Shown: positions 25,301 through 36,904 of the stretch, piece by piece
Numbering within the stretch: the stretch's first letter is position 1
Layout of the letters: every line of letters begins with the position of its first letter
Source of the DNA: Balanoglossus misakiensis
Taxonomy: Eukaryota; Animalia; Hemichordata
Direction of reading: 5' to 3'
Length of the DNA: 64,000 bases
Assembly: GCA_040954595.2 (NCBI GenBank)
Contig: CM082582.2
Location: forward strand, 1,116,001 to 1,180,000
Position numbers and translations under genes: made by a program
The notes under the pieces: generated by a model
Told to the model about the DNA's origin: nothing
The model's input: only the letters and a program-made list of their open reading frames with translations
The model's database searches: none

Positions 25301-26978
25301 ACATGTATGTAGGCTAGCAATAGGAACACAGATAACAATTCTCCATATTCATTTTTAAATACGATAAGATTCGCTGAAATTGGCACATCTGTGTGCAGGC
25401 AAAGTCAGTTCCAACTCGGCTTGCAAATCGGACCAATGTCTCTTGTTCGCTGAGACTGTATGGTTCTAGTAATAGCTGTAAGAACTTGATCATTGACCAA
25501 ACTCTTGGTTCAATTTTGCAACATTTTATGATTTCAAGCTGTACATATTTAACTCCGTTTCAACTATGGTTGGAGGGATAATAATGGAGCCATTTCACTG
25601 ACAAAATAGCGCTTAGGGACCATTCAGTTTTTACGGTGGGGGGAGGCTGGCAAAATCCAGGGGGTCACTTAAATTTTGAAATCCAAAAGAGGGAGTCATC
25701 TTTTTTTCAGACGTTTAGGGGGGATGTCATATACATGTACCCACCGATGCTAACTTTGAGTGGAGTGGCAACAGTAAAATTGGTCCTTTCAAACATTGAG
25801 ATACATGTAATTTGCTTTTGACTTCATTAAAATGCAACTTTGAGCTACATATTTTACAAAGTTTTCTTATGTGGAAGGAGGACATCCCCTCCCACACCCA
25901 TCCCCTTATTTCTTCGCCACATATAGTGTACCAGGGCAGAATACTTGCCATCCCACCCCCACTGATGTTAACTTTGAGTGGCAAAAGTCAAATTTGTCCT
26001 CCCCAACATTAAGTTAATTTGCCTTTGAGTTCATTAAAATGCATTAATTGTATTTTACAAAATTGTCCTACGTACACCCACCCCTTCCACTTTTCTTGTT
26101 TTACCAATTCTACCAACTATTGTATTGACGTGTCCTTTTAATTTATCCATAGACCTTCTTTATTGCAACGCTATACTATTATACACTTCAAATTATAAAT
26201 TTCTTTAAGAAATTTAGAATTGAGGTGTGAGGAGACCCTTTACCTTTATTGCATACAGTCAGTGTACATAAGATAAGGATGGCGAATGTTTTCGGGGTGG
26301 GAGGAGGGTCATCATATTTTGGTCCTGTCAAAGGGGGGGGGGGGGGTCATCATTTTTTTGGTCCTGGTTGAAGGGGGTGTCGGCCTGATTTTGAAAACCA
26401 ATGACACAAACTTTTGCCCCCCCCCCTCCACCATAACTGAACAGTCCCTTACTAAAGGACGTCAATGTCTGTTTACAGTCAAATGCATTGCCATCAGAAA
26501 AAAAAAATGCAAACAATTTCTTATGTTTGTAGTACGCACTTTTTGTATATCTGTAAACTGTGTCTCAGTTGTGAAATTCTAAGGAAATTTGTTCCTTGGG
26601 TAGAATAAAGGATTCTTAAACAAACTTAGTCCTGAAAGCTAAATGGTTACCTCAGAGAAACTGTGTTAAATTTGGTCATCATTGTTTTAAATCACACAAG
26701 ACATTCCCACAGCTAAGTTACTGCAGCAGTCAGTTTCAACTCAGCTTGCAAATTGGGATCATGTCTTGTGTTCATCGAGACTGTCTGTAGTCGAGTTGAC
26801 AGTCACTACAACTGTATTGCAAATATGGCAGGGTTGGGCAACTCTTCCAATTTGCATTTGAACACCTTTTCTGTTTGCGTCAAAATGATGAATAATGTTT
26901 CGTTTTCAAGAATGCCTTAATATGGGCACCCAATACAAGACAACTGCATTGCAAATGGCATTTTCATTCAACTCTCCT

Positions 26979-27210
26979 GGGTACCTAAAACAATTTCAAC
27001 ATGGTTGACATGGCAATATTAGACAACTGTTCTAATTTGCATAATCCAAAATGGCCGCCAAATTTCTCTAACATGTTAATTTCCCATATTTGTTTTAAAT
27101 GGTGTGTAATATCGAATTTGCAGGGTTTCCATTAATATGGGTACCTAAAACAATTTCAACATGGTTGACATGGCAATATTAGACAACTGCTCTAATTTGC
27201 ATAATTCAAA
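26979..27210 (+). repeat. Local duplication of a ~70-bp block with 160-bp period
   Basis: gggtacctaaaacaatttcaacatggttgacatggcaatattagacaactg occurs at 26979 and 27139. Confidence 0.85.
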
Positions 27211-29249
27211 CACCTGCTGGATAATTTAACTTTTGCCATTCTTGTCCCATGATTGTATGTATTATATCTCATAACAGGCAATTAAGTGTGCTAATTGTCA
27301 AGCCAATCTTAATTCTTCATCTGCACCACAAATCAGATGCAAGGTTTAGGACTGGGAGTGTATGTGGGAGCAGCATATAAGGGCCTACAGGTATCTTTAA
27401 TGGCAAGTCCTCGGTTAAAGCCAGAAGGTTTTCAGGTTGTAGGCCTCTATTGTATCTACAACAGTTTCTATCACCTCCATCCCACTGGCCGGCACCCGAG
27501 GGGGGGGGGGGGGGGTACTTGAAATATTTTCGGATGGTAGTCTGTCGCCCCAGTCGATAACATCAACACGTGTAAATGCCCAAAACCCGACCTATTTGTA
27601 TTATAAGTCAAATTTTCTGGTCATTTACCCCAAGTTTTTCTTAAAGACTACATACCTATACACCTTTGTATGGGAGAACACATCCCCCACCCCCCTGCCA
27701 ACACTAATTGGACAACTTTATTCTTGTTATACTTCTTTATAAGTCAAAATGTTCAGTAAGAAAAGGCAACAAGTTATTGAAGCTGCTGACCATGGAAACT
27801 ATGATGAAGTATATTTTTTTCCTAGCTGTACACATGTACAGTATAATTGGCCCAATGTACCAATTGGAGATGTGTGCCTTACAAGCAACACAGGTTGTAT
27901 ATCCAAGCCTTGTCTGTTGGCACTATGAAGGGTATTGGAAGAATGTCTCTGCTGGCCACTTTGGCCAGCCACTTTTGGCCAGCAGACTATCAAAAGGGTC
28001 AAGAAAATAGCCCTAAAAGGTATGGCACTGTATGCAAATCTAGTGCAGGTTTGGATTGATACATTTCCCATCACTGTACATGCATCATCCTGTATGGATG
28101 ATATGTACTCTAGCATTATGCACCAGATAAAAATGGTCAAAATTGCAAAAAAAGGAGATGAAACTCCCACTGGCCTTTAACGCAATCCATAGATAAAGAG
28201 ACAACATGTTCAGGCATTGGATCTAAACATGGTGGATACTGACGAGGGTGTGGTGAATGATGGTGAATCCCTGGATGTTTTGAGGTCGGAATTCTGAAAA
28301 GGATTCCCATCGTGAGATTGAGGAACAGGATGATGCAGAGGGGCTGGCTCTTTGTGAGTGGGGATAGACATATATTTGGGATACAGAGGTTGCACTTCCT
28401 TGCTTCATGATTAGTACGGTAACACTGCCAAATTTGCAACACAGTTGTATTGTTAAAGGTACCCATATGAATGTGCTAATCCTGAAAATACGATATTGCG
28501 CATCATTTTGGGAAACATGGCAAAATTTCACTTTTAGTGGTGATTGGCGGCCATTTTTGATTATGCAAAATAGAAAAGTTGCCAAACACTGCCATATTTG
28601 CAATACATAACCAATATGGATGCAAATCCTGAAATTTTAGATATTACACATAATTTTGAGAAAAAAGGGCCAAGTTTTATTTTAGAGAAGGTATTTGGCG
28701 GCCATTTTTGATCATGCATATTAGAAGAATTGTCCAACATTGCCATTTTGGCAACTCAGCTGGAATAGGTCTAGGCTCCCATATGAATGCCAATAAGCAA
28801 AAAACTTCATAGGAAAGAAAATTTCTAGGTAGGAAAATTTTGACTCAACTTCTGGTTCTAATAATAGGTGTAAGGATGTGATCGTTTGATTTTGCAACAT
28901 TTTACAATTTCAAGCTGTGTGTATTTAACTCTGGTGCAATTCTGGTTGGAGAGACAAATGGCTTAAGCCATTTAATTGAAAATATAGCACTACTTCACCA
29001 GGGTTGTGCAGTACCTTTGACAACGCTTTGAACAATGTTGCAAAAAGCTTTGTGTTGAAGCTTGCTACAAGACTTGGCGTGCTGAAGCCTCTTATACTAG
29101 TCTTAGTTGAACCTCAGCTGTAACTACGTTTGTGAAACCTTAACATTCAAATCTTTGGCCAAAGTTAGGGTTGCAAAGCTTCTTCAAAGTTTTGTGAACC
29201 TCAACAATGCTTTTCTATAGAAACCTTTAAACATGCGGGGGGGGGGGGG

Positions 29250-29453
29250 TGTAGTATTCTGACAGCTACGATCAATATAGCGCCCTCTAGTGTTGCATTG
29301 TTGGTGTTCCACTTGTTTATGAATTGCTGTACGACGTCACTTCCGCCAAGATAAGGCGAAGCACATTGTTGAGTCTTTTCAGCCGATCAATAAATAGGTT
29401 GTTGTTATACCTTATGATCACATTATTATTCCCATGTTGATGGAAACATAACA
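29250..29453 (+). mobile_element. Probable solo or orphan LTR (204 bp)
   Basis: TGTAG...TAACA termini, internal AATAAA, G-runs on both sides (TSD in poly-G, or a PPT on the left); no second copy in the window. Confidence 0.55.
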
Positions 29454-30862
29454 GGGGGGACACCAACATCGTAGTCAGTGAGGTCATCTATGGTGGTGGG
29501 CGCGTCTTCCACTCGGCACTCCTCCGCGCACGCTTGGGGGATAAAAAATGCATCAAAAACCCCTGGCGCGTCCTCGCTCCCCCTGCGTCGATGGATTCTG
29601 TGCGACTGCTTCCGCCCCCGTCCTCTCTGGTTGCTGTGTCCGGATTGATGATGTTTTCCGGTGAGGTCGGATTTCCCGGAATTCTTCCTGTCGTGATTGG
29701 GATACCCACCTCAGCAGTATGCTAAGGACACGCCAGTGGATGAGAATCGCTGGTGTGGTGGGGGAGCTCAGTCGGAACCTGTTCGGCACCTCCCACCCCT
29801 GGAAGACGCACAGGCGCTTCATCATCACCATGGACTCCGGTGAACAAAAGGATTCCGTAGGGATCCGTCCAGGTCCGCCCCTGCGGATATAGAAGTCTAG
29901 CAGGTCGGGTATTTCATTTCCTGGACCACACAGCCAGTATAGGTGAGTTTCTCTAACGCCTCAACCGCGTCCCGCTCGCGGAATACTACCGGCTTCTCAG
30001 TAAAAATAACTGGAAGGTGGCACTGAAAGGCGTGTTTCTTCAGTTTGCGCGTGGACCTCCGGCCTCCCGGGAACGGACATGGAGAAGGGCCTGATGAGTA
30101 ATGTGGAACAGAGGATAGGGGGCTCCTTCGGGCCGGCCTGGCGCTCCTCCAGCGGCGTTCGTCTTCTTTGGGCGGTTCCGGCGTCGGATACCGGATCGGT
30201 GATCGACGTCTGGGGCTGAGATCTCCCCAGCGTGAAAAGGATGGTCGTTCACGGGAAGGTGGCCGGTCCCGCCTTTCCTCTCGAGAACGCTCCGGTCGCG
30301 GCGACCGGGTTGGGGATCTGGACCTAGTAGGGCTGCCGGGGTGGCGTCGAAGTTCCCAGGGGATTAGATATTCCCCCGCCTCCAACGTCGCCTCCAGCTC
30401 CAATGGGTTGATCAGTGACTGCAGCGGCAGCATTTCTTGGCGTGGGGGTGATGGCTCCTGCAGCAGCCCTTGGTTTCCCCCGTCTCTCGCTACTGCTATT
30501 GGGGGTGATACACGGGTGCGGGGTGGGTCTGGCCCTTCCGACACCTCCATCGCCTGGTCCTTGTCGCCACCGAGTACCTGTTTTTCCAGCTGCGGATCCC
30601 AGAAGATGCTCAAAGTTTCCTCCAGGTCGTCAGCTGCGGTGGTGGTTCTTGTGGGCTCTTGCGGGGAGATATGGCCAACGAATCCCCCACGTACGCGGCC
30701 TGGATTGAACTCCCGAGGTAGTGTGCAGGTTTTTATGGCTGCGTCGGATGGTACGGGCAGGTTGGCTTCATTCTTTTCCTTCCCGTATACATGCATGGCC
30801 TCCTCCCGTACCGTGGACATCCATCCTATGTCGCCTAGAACCGTGGCTACTTGACAGTTCTC
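29454..30862 (-). pseudogene. GC-rich degenerate intronless ORF, possibly the N-terminal part of a TE-borne TatD-like nuclease protein
   Basis: RS/P-rich linker, CPFPG...KLKKHAFQCHLP, W.VP..F.L..P.TPA.LIHWRVL, then PGVFDAFF...TIDDLTDYDVGVPP across frameshifts; family assignment is from memory only. Confidence 0.45.
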
Positions 30863-30894
30863 ACGGAGCATCAGGAACAGTATTTTGTCTCACC

Positions 30895-31101
30895 TCCACT
30901 TCAGTTGTCGCTGTTGTATTTAATGTGGACGATGTTTTATATCTGTTGATAACCAATGGGCCTAGTTTAACTGTGGCACCTACATCCAGTGGCAGCGCTG
31001 TTTTCTCACCCCAAAGGTTGACTTCAGCATCTCTTGTGCCATCAGTTATGGTCAGTTTACGTCTCTTTGTAGAATTCGATGTATGTGTCACTGATTCATA
31101 C
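30895..31101 (-). CDS. Exon encoding an RPA70-like OB fold
   Basis: ccactacag|YESV...KRRKLTITDGTRDAEVNLWGEKTA...LNTTATTEVE|gtgaga matches the RPA OB pattern KR.l.l.D.t...vtLWge.A. Confidence 0.7.
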
Positions 31102-31518
31102 TGTAGTGGAAATAAAATGGAAAACATTGAATGTTAATAATTACGAGTAGTAAATGTTGTGGAGAAATAGTGCAAGAGTGGTTGTTTTTTGTCAGTTGCT
31201 TTTTAAAATTTGAACTGCAAAATGATGAATCGATGGCAGTAATTTTGACCCGAGGTGAGTTGACAAGGCATGGTTGTATCATATAAATGGATTTTCAATG
31301 TACGTGATCGCATGGAGGCTGCCATATTGGATTACATCTGAAGACCTTCCCATTGGGCTTCGGTTGAATTCGGGAAAGGTCTCTAAAATGTAATGGGTCA
31401 TTCAATTTTGTAGAGTAAATTTCTAAAAATGTAGAAGATGGGAGGTTAAGATACCCAAAATGACTACGGCAAAAAAAAAGTCAGGCCCATAAGTTTCGGG
31501 GTGCGATTATAACGTACC

Positions 31519-31801
31519 TTTGCTCTATCATAGAGGCAAATGGTATTATCTCTTCCAGTGGAAAAGTTGCGGAGCTGTACGTATTCTCCCTTCTGTAATC
31601 TGTTCAGCCACTTCGGATTTTCTTTCCAGAATTTAAGTTCCAGAACGTTGCCATCCTGTTGCATACAAGGCACGCTAAACAGTTTCCCGTTGGCGGAATT
31701 CCGGATCTCGACATCCTCCATGAGGCGCAATTTCAGTGCCACGCCTTGGCTGGTTGGGGATGAGGGACCGGGAGCCGGGGATGCCATAACGCCGTTAAAC
31801 C
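31519..31801 (-). CDS. First coding exon of the same OB-fold gene
   Basis: atttcag|...MASPAPG...DGNVLELKFWKE...LQKGEYVQLRNFS...YDRAK|gtacgt; OB-like strand pattern; further copies at 32363-32601 and 51138-51379. Confidence 0.6.
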
Positions 31802-32601
31802 TGAAATATAGATTGAGAGTGGATATTGTTTTACACAATTTTTGACAATTGAAGTAAAGTATTAGAATGATGGAGTCCGATAAAAAAGTGAGTTGGTGAT
31901 TGCGGCATCCGACTTCGTTATTAAAAATGGAAAGATTTGCGATTTGAGATTCGGTTACCATTTGCAAGTTTGAAAGGAAATATTTCATTGAAGCACAGTG
32001 GCAACTACTGGGTTATGGAGAATTTTTGAAATGTTGATGAACGGAGACTTATTAGAATCAATGAAAACCTACCTTTAACGGTGTTACGGTTACTAAACGT
32101 GAGAGACCGCTTGTCTCGTTCATCCGATTCTGAGCTCCTAGCTCTTGTGGAGACATGCGGAGGTACAGCGGGTTAACGGTTAGAAAGTGTTGATGAAAGA
32201 AATAAGTTTATAGGCCAATCAGGAGTTAGAGTCTCTAAAATGTAATGGGTCATTCAATTTTGTAGAGTAAATTTCTAAAAATGTAGAAGATGGGAGGTTA
32301 AGATACCCAAAATGACTACGTCAAAAAAAAGGCCCATAAGTTTCGGGGTGCGATTATAACATACCTTTGCTCTATCATAGAGGCAAATGGTATTATATCT
32401 TCCAGTGGAAAAGTTGCGGAGCTGTATGTATTCTCTCTTCTGTTATCTGTTCAGCTATTTCGGATTTTCTTTCCAGAATTTAAGTTCCAGAACGTTGCCA
32501 TCCTGCTGCATACAAGGCACGCTAAACAGTTTGCCGTTGGCTGAATTCCGGATCTAGACTGTATCCTCAATGAGGCACAATTTCACTGCCACGCCTTGGC
32601 T

Positions 32602-33192
32602 GTCATTGTGGGTATGTTAACCTCCCATGTCCTACATTTTTAGAAATTTAGTATACAAAATTGGATGACCGATTATGTTTTAGAGACCTTTCCCGAATCC
32701 ACCTGAAGCCCAGTCGGAATGTCTTGGGATGTAACCTAAATTCAATATGGCCGCCTCCATGCGTTCACTTGCATTAAAAAAAAAACGTTGATTTTATCTC
32801 CGAGTGGCGGTGTTTATCGTCAGTACCAATTGAAACGCGGCACTCGCTTACAGGTCGCATTTTTATTTTTGAGCGCGTTCTAATATTCTAGAAAGAAAAA
32901 AATGATAGTTTCGAGTACAGATTACATGTATTTTAAAACGAGGTTTGGTCACAATGGTATCACTACTAAATGACTTACAATCGATGTTTTTAATTGTCTT
33001 TGCACCACAGTATGAATCCTGTGATGGTAAATCGCATTCAACTTAGAAGGCGTGGAGTAAGTGCAACTGATGGTAACTGGGATACCAAACTGAAACTTTT
33101 GGGAGAGAAAACCTTGCCATGCATGGACGTGGGTGGCACAGTTAAACTTGGGTTAAATACTACAGCGACAACTGAAGTCCCGGTGAGATATT
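32602..33192 (+). repeat. Inverted-duplication arm segment (reverse complement of about 50510-51073) with an internally deleted copy of the RPA-like exon
   Basis: ORF 32994-33365(+) and ORF 50498-50707(-) share MNPVMVNRIQLRR...LNTTATTEVP. Confidence 0.88.
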
Positions 33193-34829
33193 ATAAAATA
33201 CTCTTACATCATAAAATTGAAATCCTACATGTCAATAATTTCATATTTTCACTAATGTTTAGCAAAAAACAACTGCTCTCAACAAACCTTACCCCTCCCC
33301 CTCTTGTATTGTCAGTGCTTTGTAATCTATCAGTAACAATCCATTTTTTTCTCTCAAGGTGTTAAAAGAACCTATAGCTACTGGTGATGACATGATACCG
33401 TCCATGGGGTGTTGGAGGTAATACACTTTGTAAGTATTAACCAGTCAGGACGAAAGTGGGGTAATTACGGCGGTGAGATCAAAGAGATCTATTTGAATGT
33501 GAAAGTCGCTGAGTGGCAGTTACGGCCAGTTTGAAAAATTTTCAAACGGAGATTTTCGGTACTACAAGTGATCGTAGTGCACCCATTTTTCTAAGACGTG
33601 TATGAAACACCATAGTCAATGATAGGATGATTTTTCGTGAAGTTTTAACGACGCTTTCCCGAGAAAGACAGTTTCGGTATGTTGGTTTAAATTGTGGTCC
33701 TTGACTCTCGGCAAAGATTTCTTGTCTTGAAAAAAATTGGGTAGGTTAGGAAGATATTGAACTAAGTTACCGTGAAATTATAATAGTGTGAGCCACTCCG
33801 TTGTGGAGTAATGACGGTGTAAAAATTGCCTTCGCCATCGACGAGTACAGCCGTGTTTGCCATATGTGTATGCATTGAAGTAGGTCAACGCATGTTAACC
33901 CATGACGTAATGGCTTCCTTTTCAACGCGTCGTTATCTCTCATTAGCATATTACATAAGGAGTCTATACACTATTCACGCTGACTGACTTCTCAGGACTG
34001 ACCTATGGCACAGTAAATTGTGGTCCTTGACTCTCGGCATGGATATATTCATGTCAAAATTATGAATAGAGGAGTTTAATAATGTTTCTAAAACCTGAGG
34101 GGGTTAATTTTTGTGTGGGTATGGCTGATATTTTTTTTTGTAACTTCAAGGTCACTTTGAATTTCGAGATCACAATTTTGTCAGTGGAAGTAAAGAAATT
34201 CTTCTCGATAAAACTTCATGAAAAATCACATGTAGTACACTCATAGTACCAGTAATGTGCCTGGGGTGAAATAATTGTCAGAAATGGGTTGCTAGTTGCT
34301 TAACTTTCGTTGTGAAAAAAGTTGAAAAACTGTATGCAAATGAGCAATTCAAACGTTACTGGCCAGTTCAAGTGTTTGCATTGCATGATCCCCTGCTGTT
34401 TAATTATCCCACTTACGTCCTGACTGTAACTGCAGTAGTTGCTTACATCAGACTCCCACTATCTGCATGCAAGTTGTGGATGGATTTGCAGAGAGAGAGG
34501 CTAGTACACGGCACTCATGTGGACCTGCACTACCACATTTCTATTCAACATCAGGTCTCTGAGTAAAAAGATGGCCATGTAAATTTTCTCTAAGTTTGTT
34601 AGAGAAATAAAGTACAACTTTAGTGTTTCACTAATTGAGTTTCAGTGTTCTTGTATTGTCTCGTTTGCCCCATGCCAACCTCAAAGTAAACGTCAAATTT
34701 GCCATTTTTGACTTATTTGTCCTTGTAGTGGGCCACATAGCATTTTAGTGCAACTTATGAAAATCTGAAGAACCAAATGCCTAATTTACCCACTCTGCAC
34801 AGATTTATTTCAATGGTACAGACTTGATG

Positions 34830-36085
34830 ATCAGTATAGCGCCCTCTGTGGTAGTATTGGGGGGGGGGTTAACCTAGCCTTTGTATGTTTATCCCTGTCC
34901 GGTTCCATTCCAATTGTATCTATGGTAACCTAATTATCAGCAGTAAAGGCCACAGCTTTGAAACAGTTTTAATATCAAGCACTCTGAATTACACGGCCAT
35001 TCTCATTGGTGCATATAGTGTAGTCACGTTGTATTTTACTGCAACTGGTGAAAGTCTCCTAAAAAACCAAATGTGTCTTTACCCACTGTGCACAGAGTAT
35101 TTGAAGGATACTCAGTTGATGGTCATATAGTATAGCGCCCTCTGTGGTAGTATTTTGATTATGGAGGTGGGGTTAAATCTTGTCTTTGCATATGTTTATC
35201 CCTGTCATGTTGCATTGGGCTTGTATCTATGGTAACCTAATTATCAGCAGTAAAGGCCACAACTATGAAACAGTTTTAATATCAAGCACTCTCTGAATTA
35301 CATGGCCATTCTCATTGGTGTATATAGTGTAGTCACGTTGTATTTTACTACAACTGATGAAAGTCTCCTAAAAAACCAAATGTGTCTTTACCCACTGTGC
35401 ACAGAGTATTTGAATGATACTCAGTTGATGGTCATATAGTATAGCGCCCTCTGTGGTAGTATTTTGATTATGGAGGTGGGGTTTAATCTTGTCTTTGCAT
35501 ATGTTTATCCCTGTCATGTTGCATTGGGCTTGTATCTATGGTAACCTAATTATCAGCAGTAAAGGCCACAACTATGATACAGTTTTAATATCAAGCACTC
35601 TCTGAATTACATGGCCATTCTCATTGGTGTATATAGTGTAGTCATGTTGTATTTTACTGCAACTGATGAAAGTCTCCTAAAAAAAACAAATAAGTCTTTA
35701 CCCACTGTGCACAGAGTATTTGAATGATACTCAGTTGATGGTCATATAGTATAGCGCCCTCTGTGGTAGTATTTTGATTATGGAGGTGGGGTTTAATCTT
35801 GTCTTTGCATATGTTTATCCCTGTCATGTTGCCTTGGGCTTGTATCTATGGTAACCTAATTATCAGCAGTAAAGGCCACAACTATGAAACAGTTTTAATA
35901 TCAAGCACTCTCTGAATTACATGGCGATTCTCATTGGTGTATATAGTGTAGTCACGTTGTATTTTACTACAACTGATGAAAGTCTCCTAAAAAAAAATAT
36001 GTGTGTTTACCCACTGTGCACAGAGTATTTGAATGATACTCAGTTGATGGTCATATAGTATAGCACTCTCTGTGGTAGTATTTTG
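34830..36085 (+). repeat. ~310-bp tandem satellite, left part
   Basis: tatagcgccctctgtggtagtatt recurs near 34835, 35131, 35440, 35750 and 36059. Confidence 0.95.
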
Positions 36086-36904
36086 GTCTCTCAGATACTG
36101 TTCTCATGTGGTTTAAGTCATACCTTTCCAATCGTAGTCAGTGTGTACTTGTAAATTCCACCCAATCACCTTTCTATCGGCTCGACACTGGGGTACCACA
36201 GGGATCAGTTCTTGGTTCCATACTTTTCAATATGTACCCGTCTCCATTTGGTGAATTAGTTCAAAGTCATGGTTGTCTTTATAGTTTTTATGCAGATGAC
36301 TCTTCACTTTATATGTCTTTTAGTAAAGACAACGCAGCAAGAACTGTTTCAAATCTTGAACTTTGTATATCCGATGTTAGGTTTTGGATGTCTGAAAACT
36401 TCTTGTGCTTATACGATGATAAGACTGAATTTGTTATTTTCTTTGGTATTTCAGGTGATCTGTCTGCTAGAGGGATTTCAGAAATTCGTGTTGGCGATTC
36501 TCTGATTCCTGTCCATTGTCAGGCTAAGAGCCTTGGTGTGATCCTTGACTCTTGTCTGACAATGAAGCCACATATTGGACAGATCTGCCGCTCTGCCACT
36601 TTTCATTTACGTCGCATTGCGCTTATCCGCAAATATTTATCTCATTCTGCTACAGAGCAATTAGTTCATGCATTCATTACTTCTCGAATTGATTCATGTA
36701 ATTCACTTTTATTTTGGCTCCCGAAGTATTCAATCAACCGTATCCAACGCGTTCAGAATATTGCTGCTAGAATTGTTACTCATTCAAAAATCACCTGTCA
36801 CATCACTCCAATTTTGTATCAGTTGCACTGGCTACCTGTTACACAGCGTATTGTTTTTAAGATGTTAGTTCTCATTTTTAAATCCATTCATAAACTTGGT
36901 CCAA

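Noticed and set aside
27708-28400. Cluster of short overlapping ORFs
   Set aside because: No motif recognised in any frame; possibly a decayed TE but not assignable
30168-30854. 228-aa plus-strand ORF and the antisense ORFs inside the LTR elements (e.g. 39649-40365)
   Set aside because: Shadow frames of GC-rich coding sequence on the opposite strand
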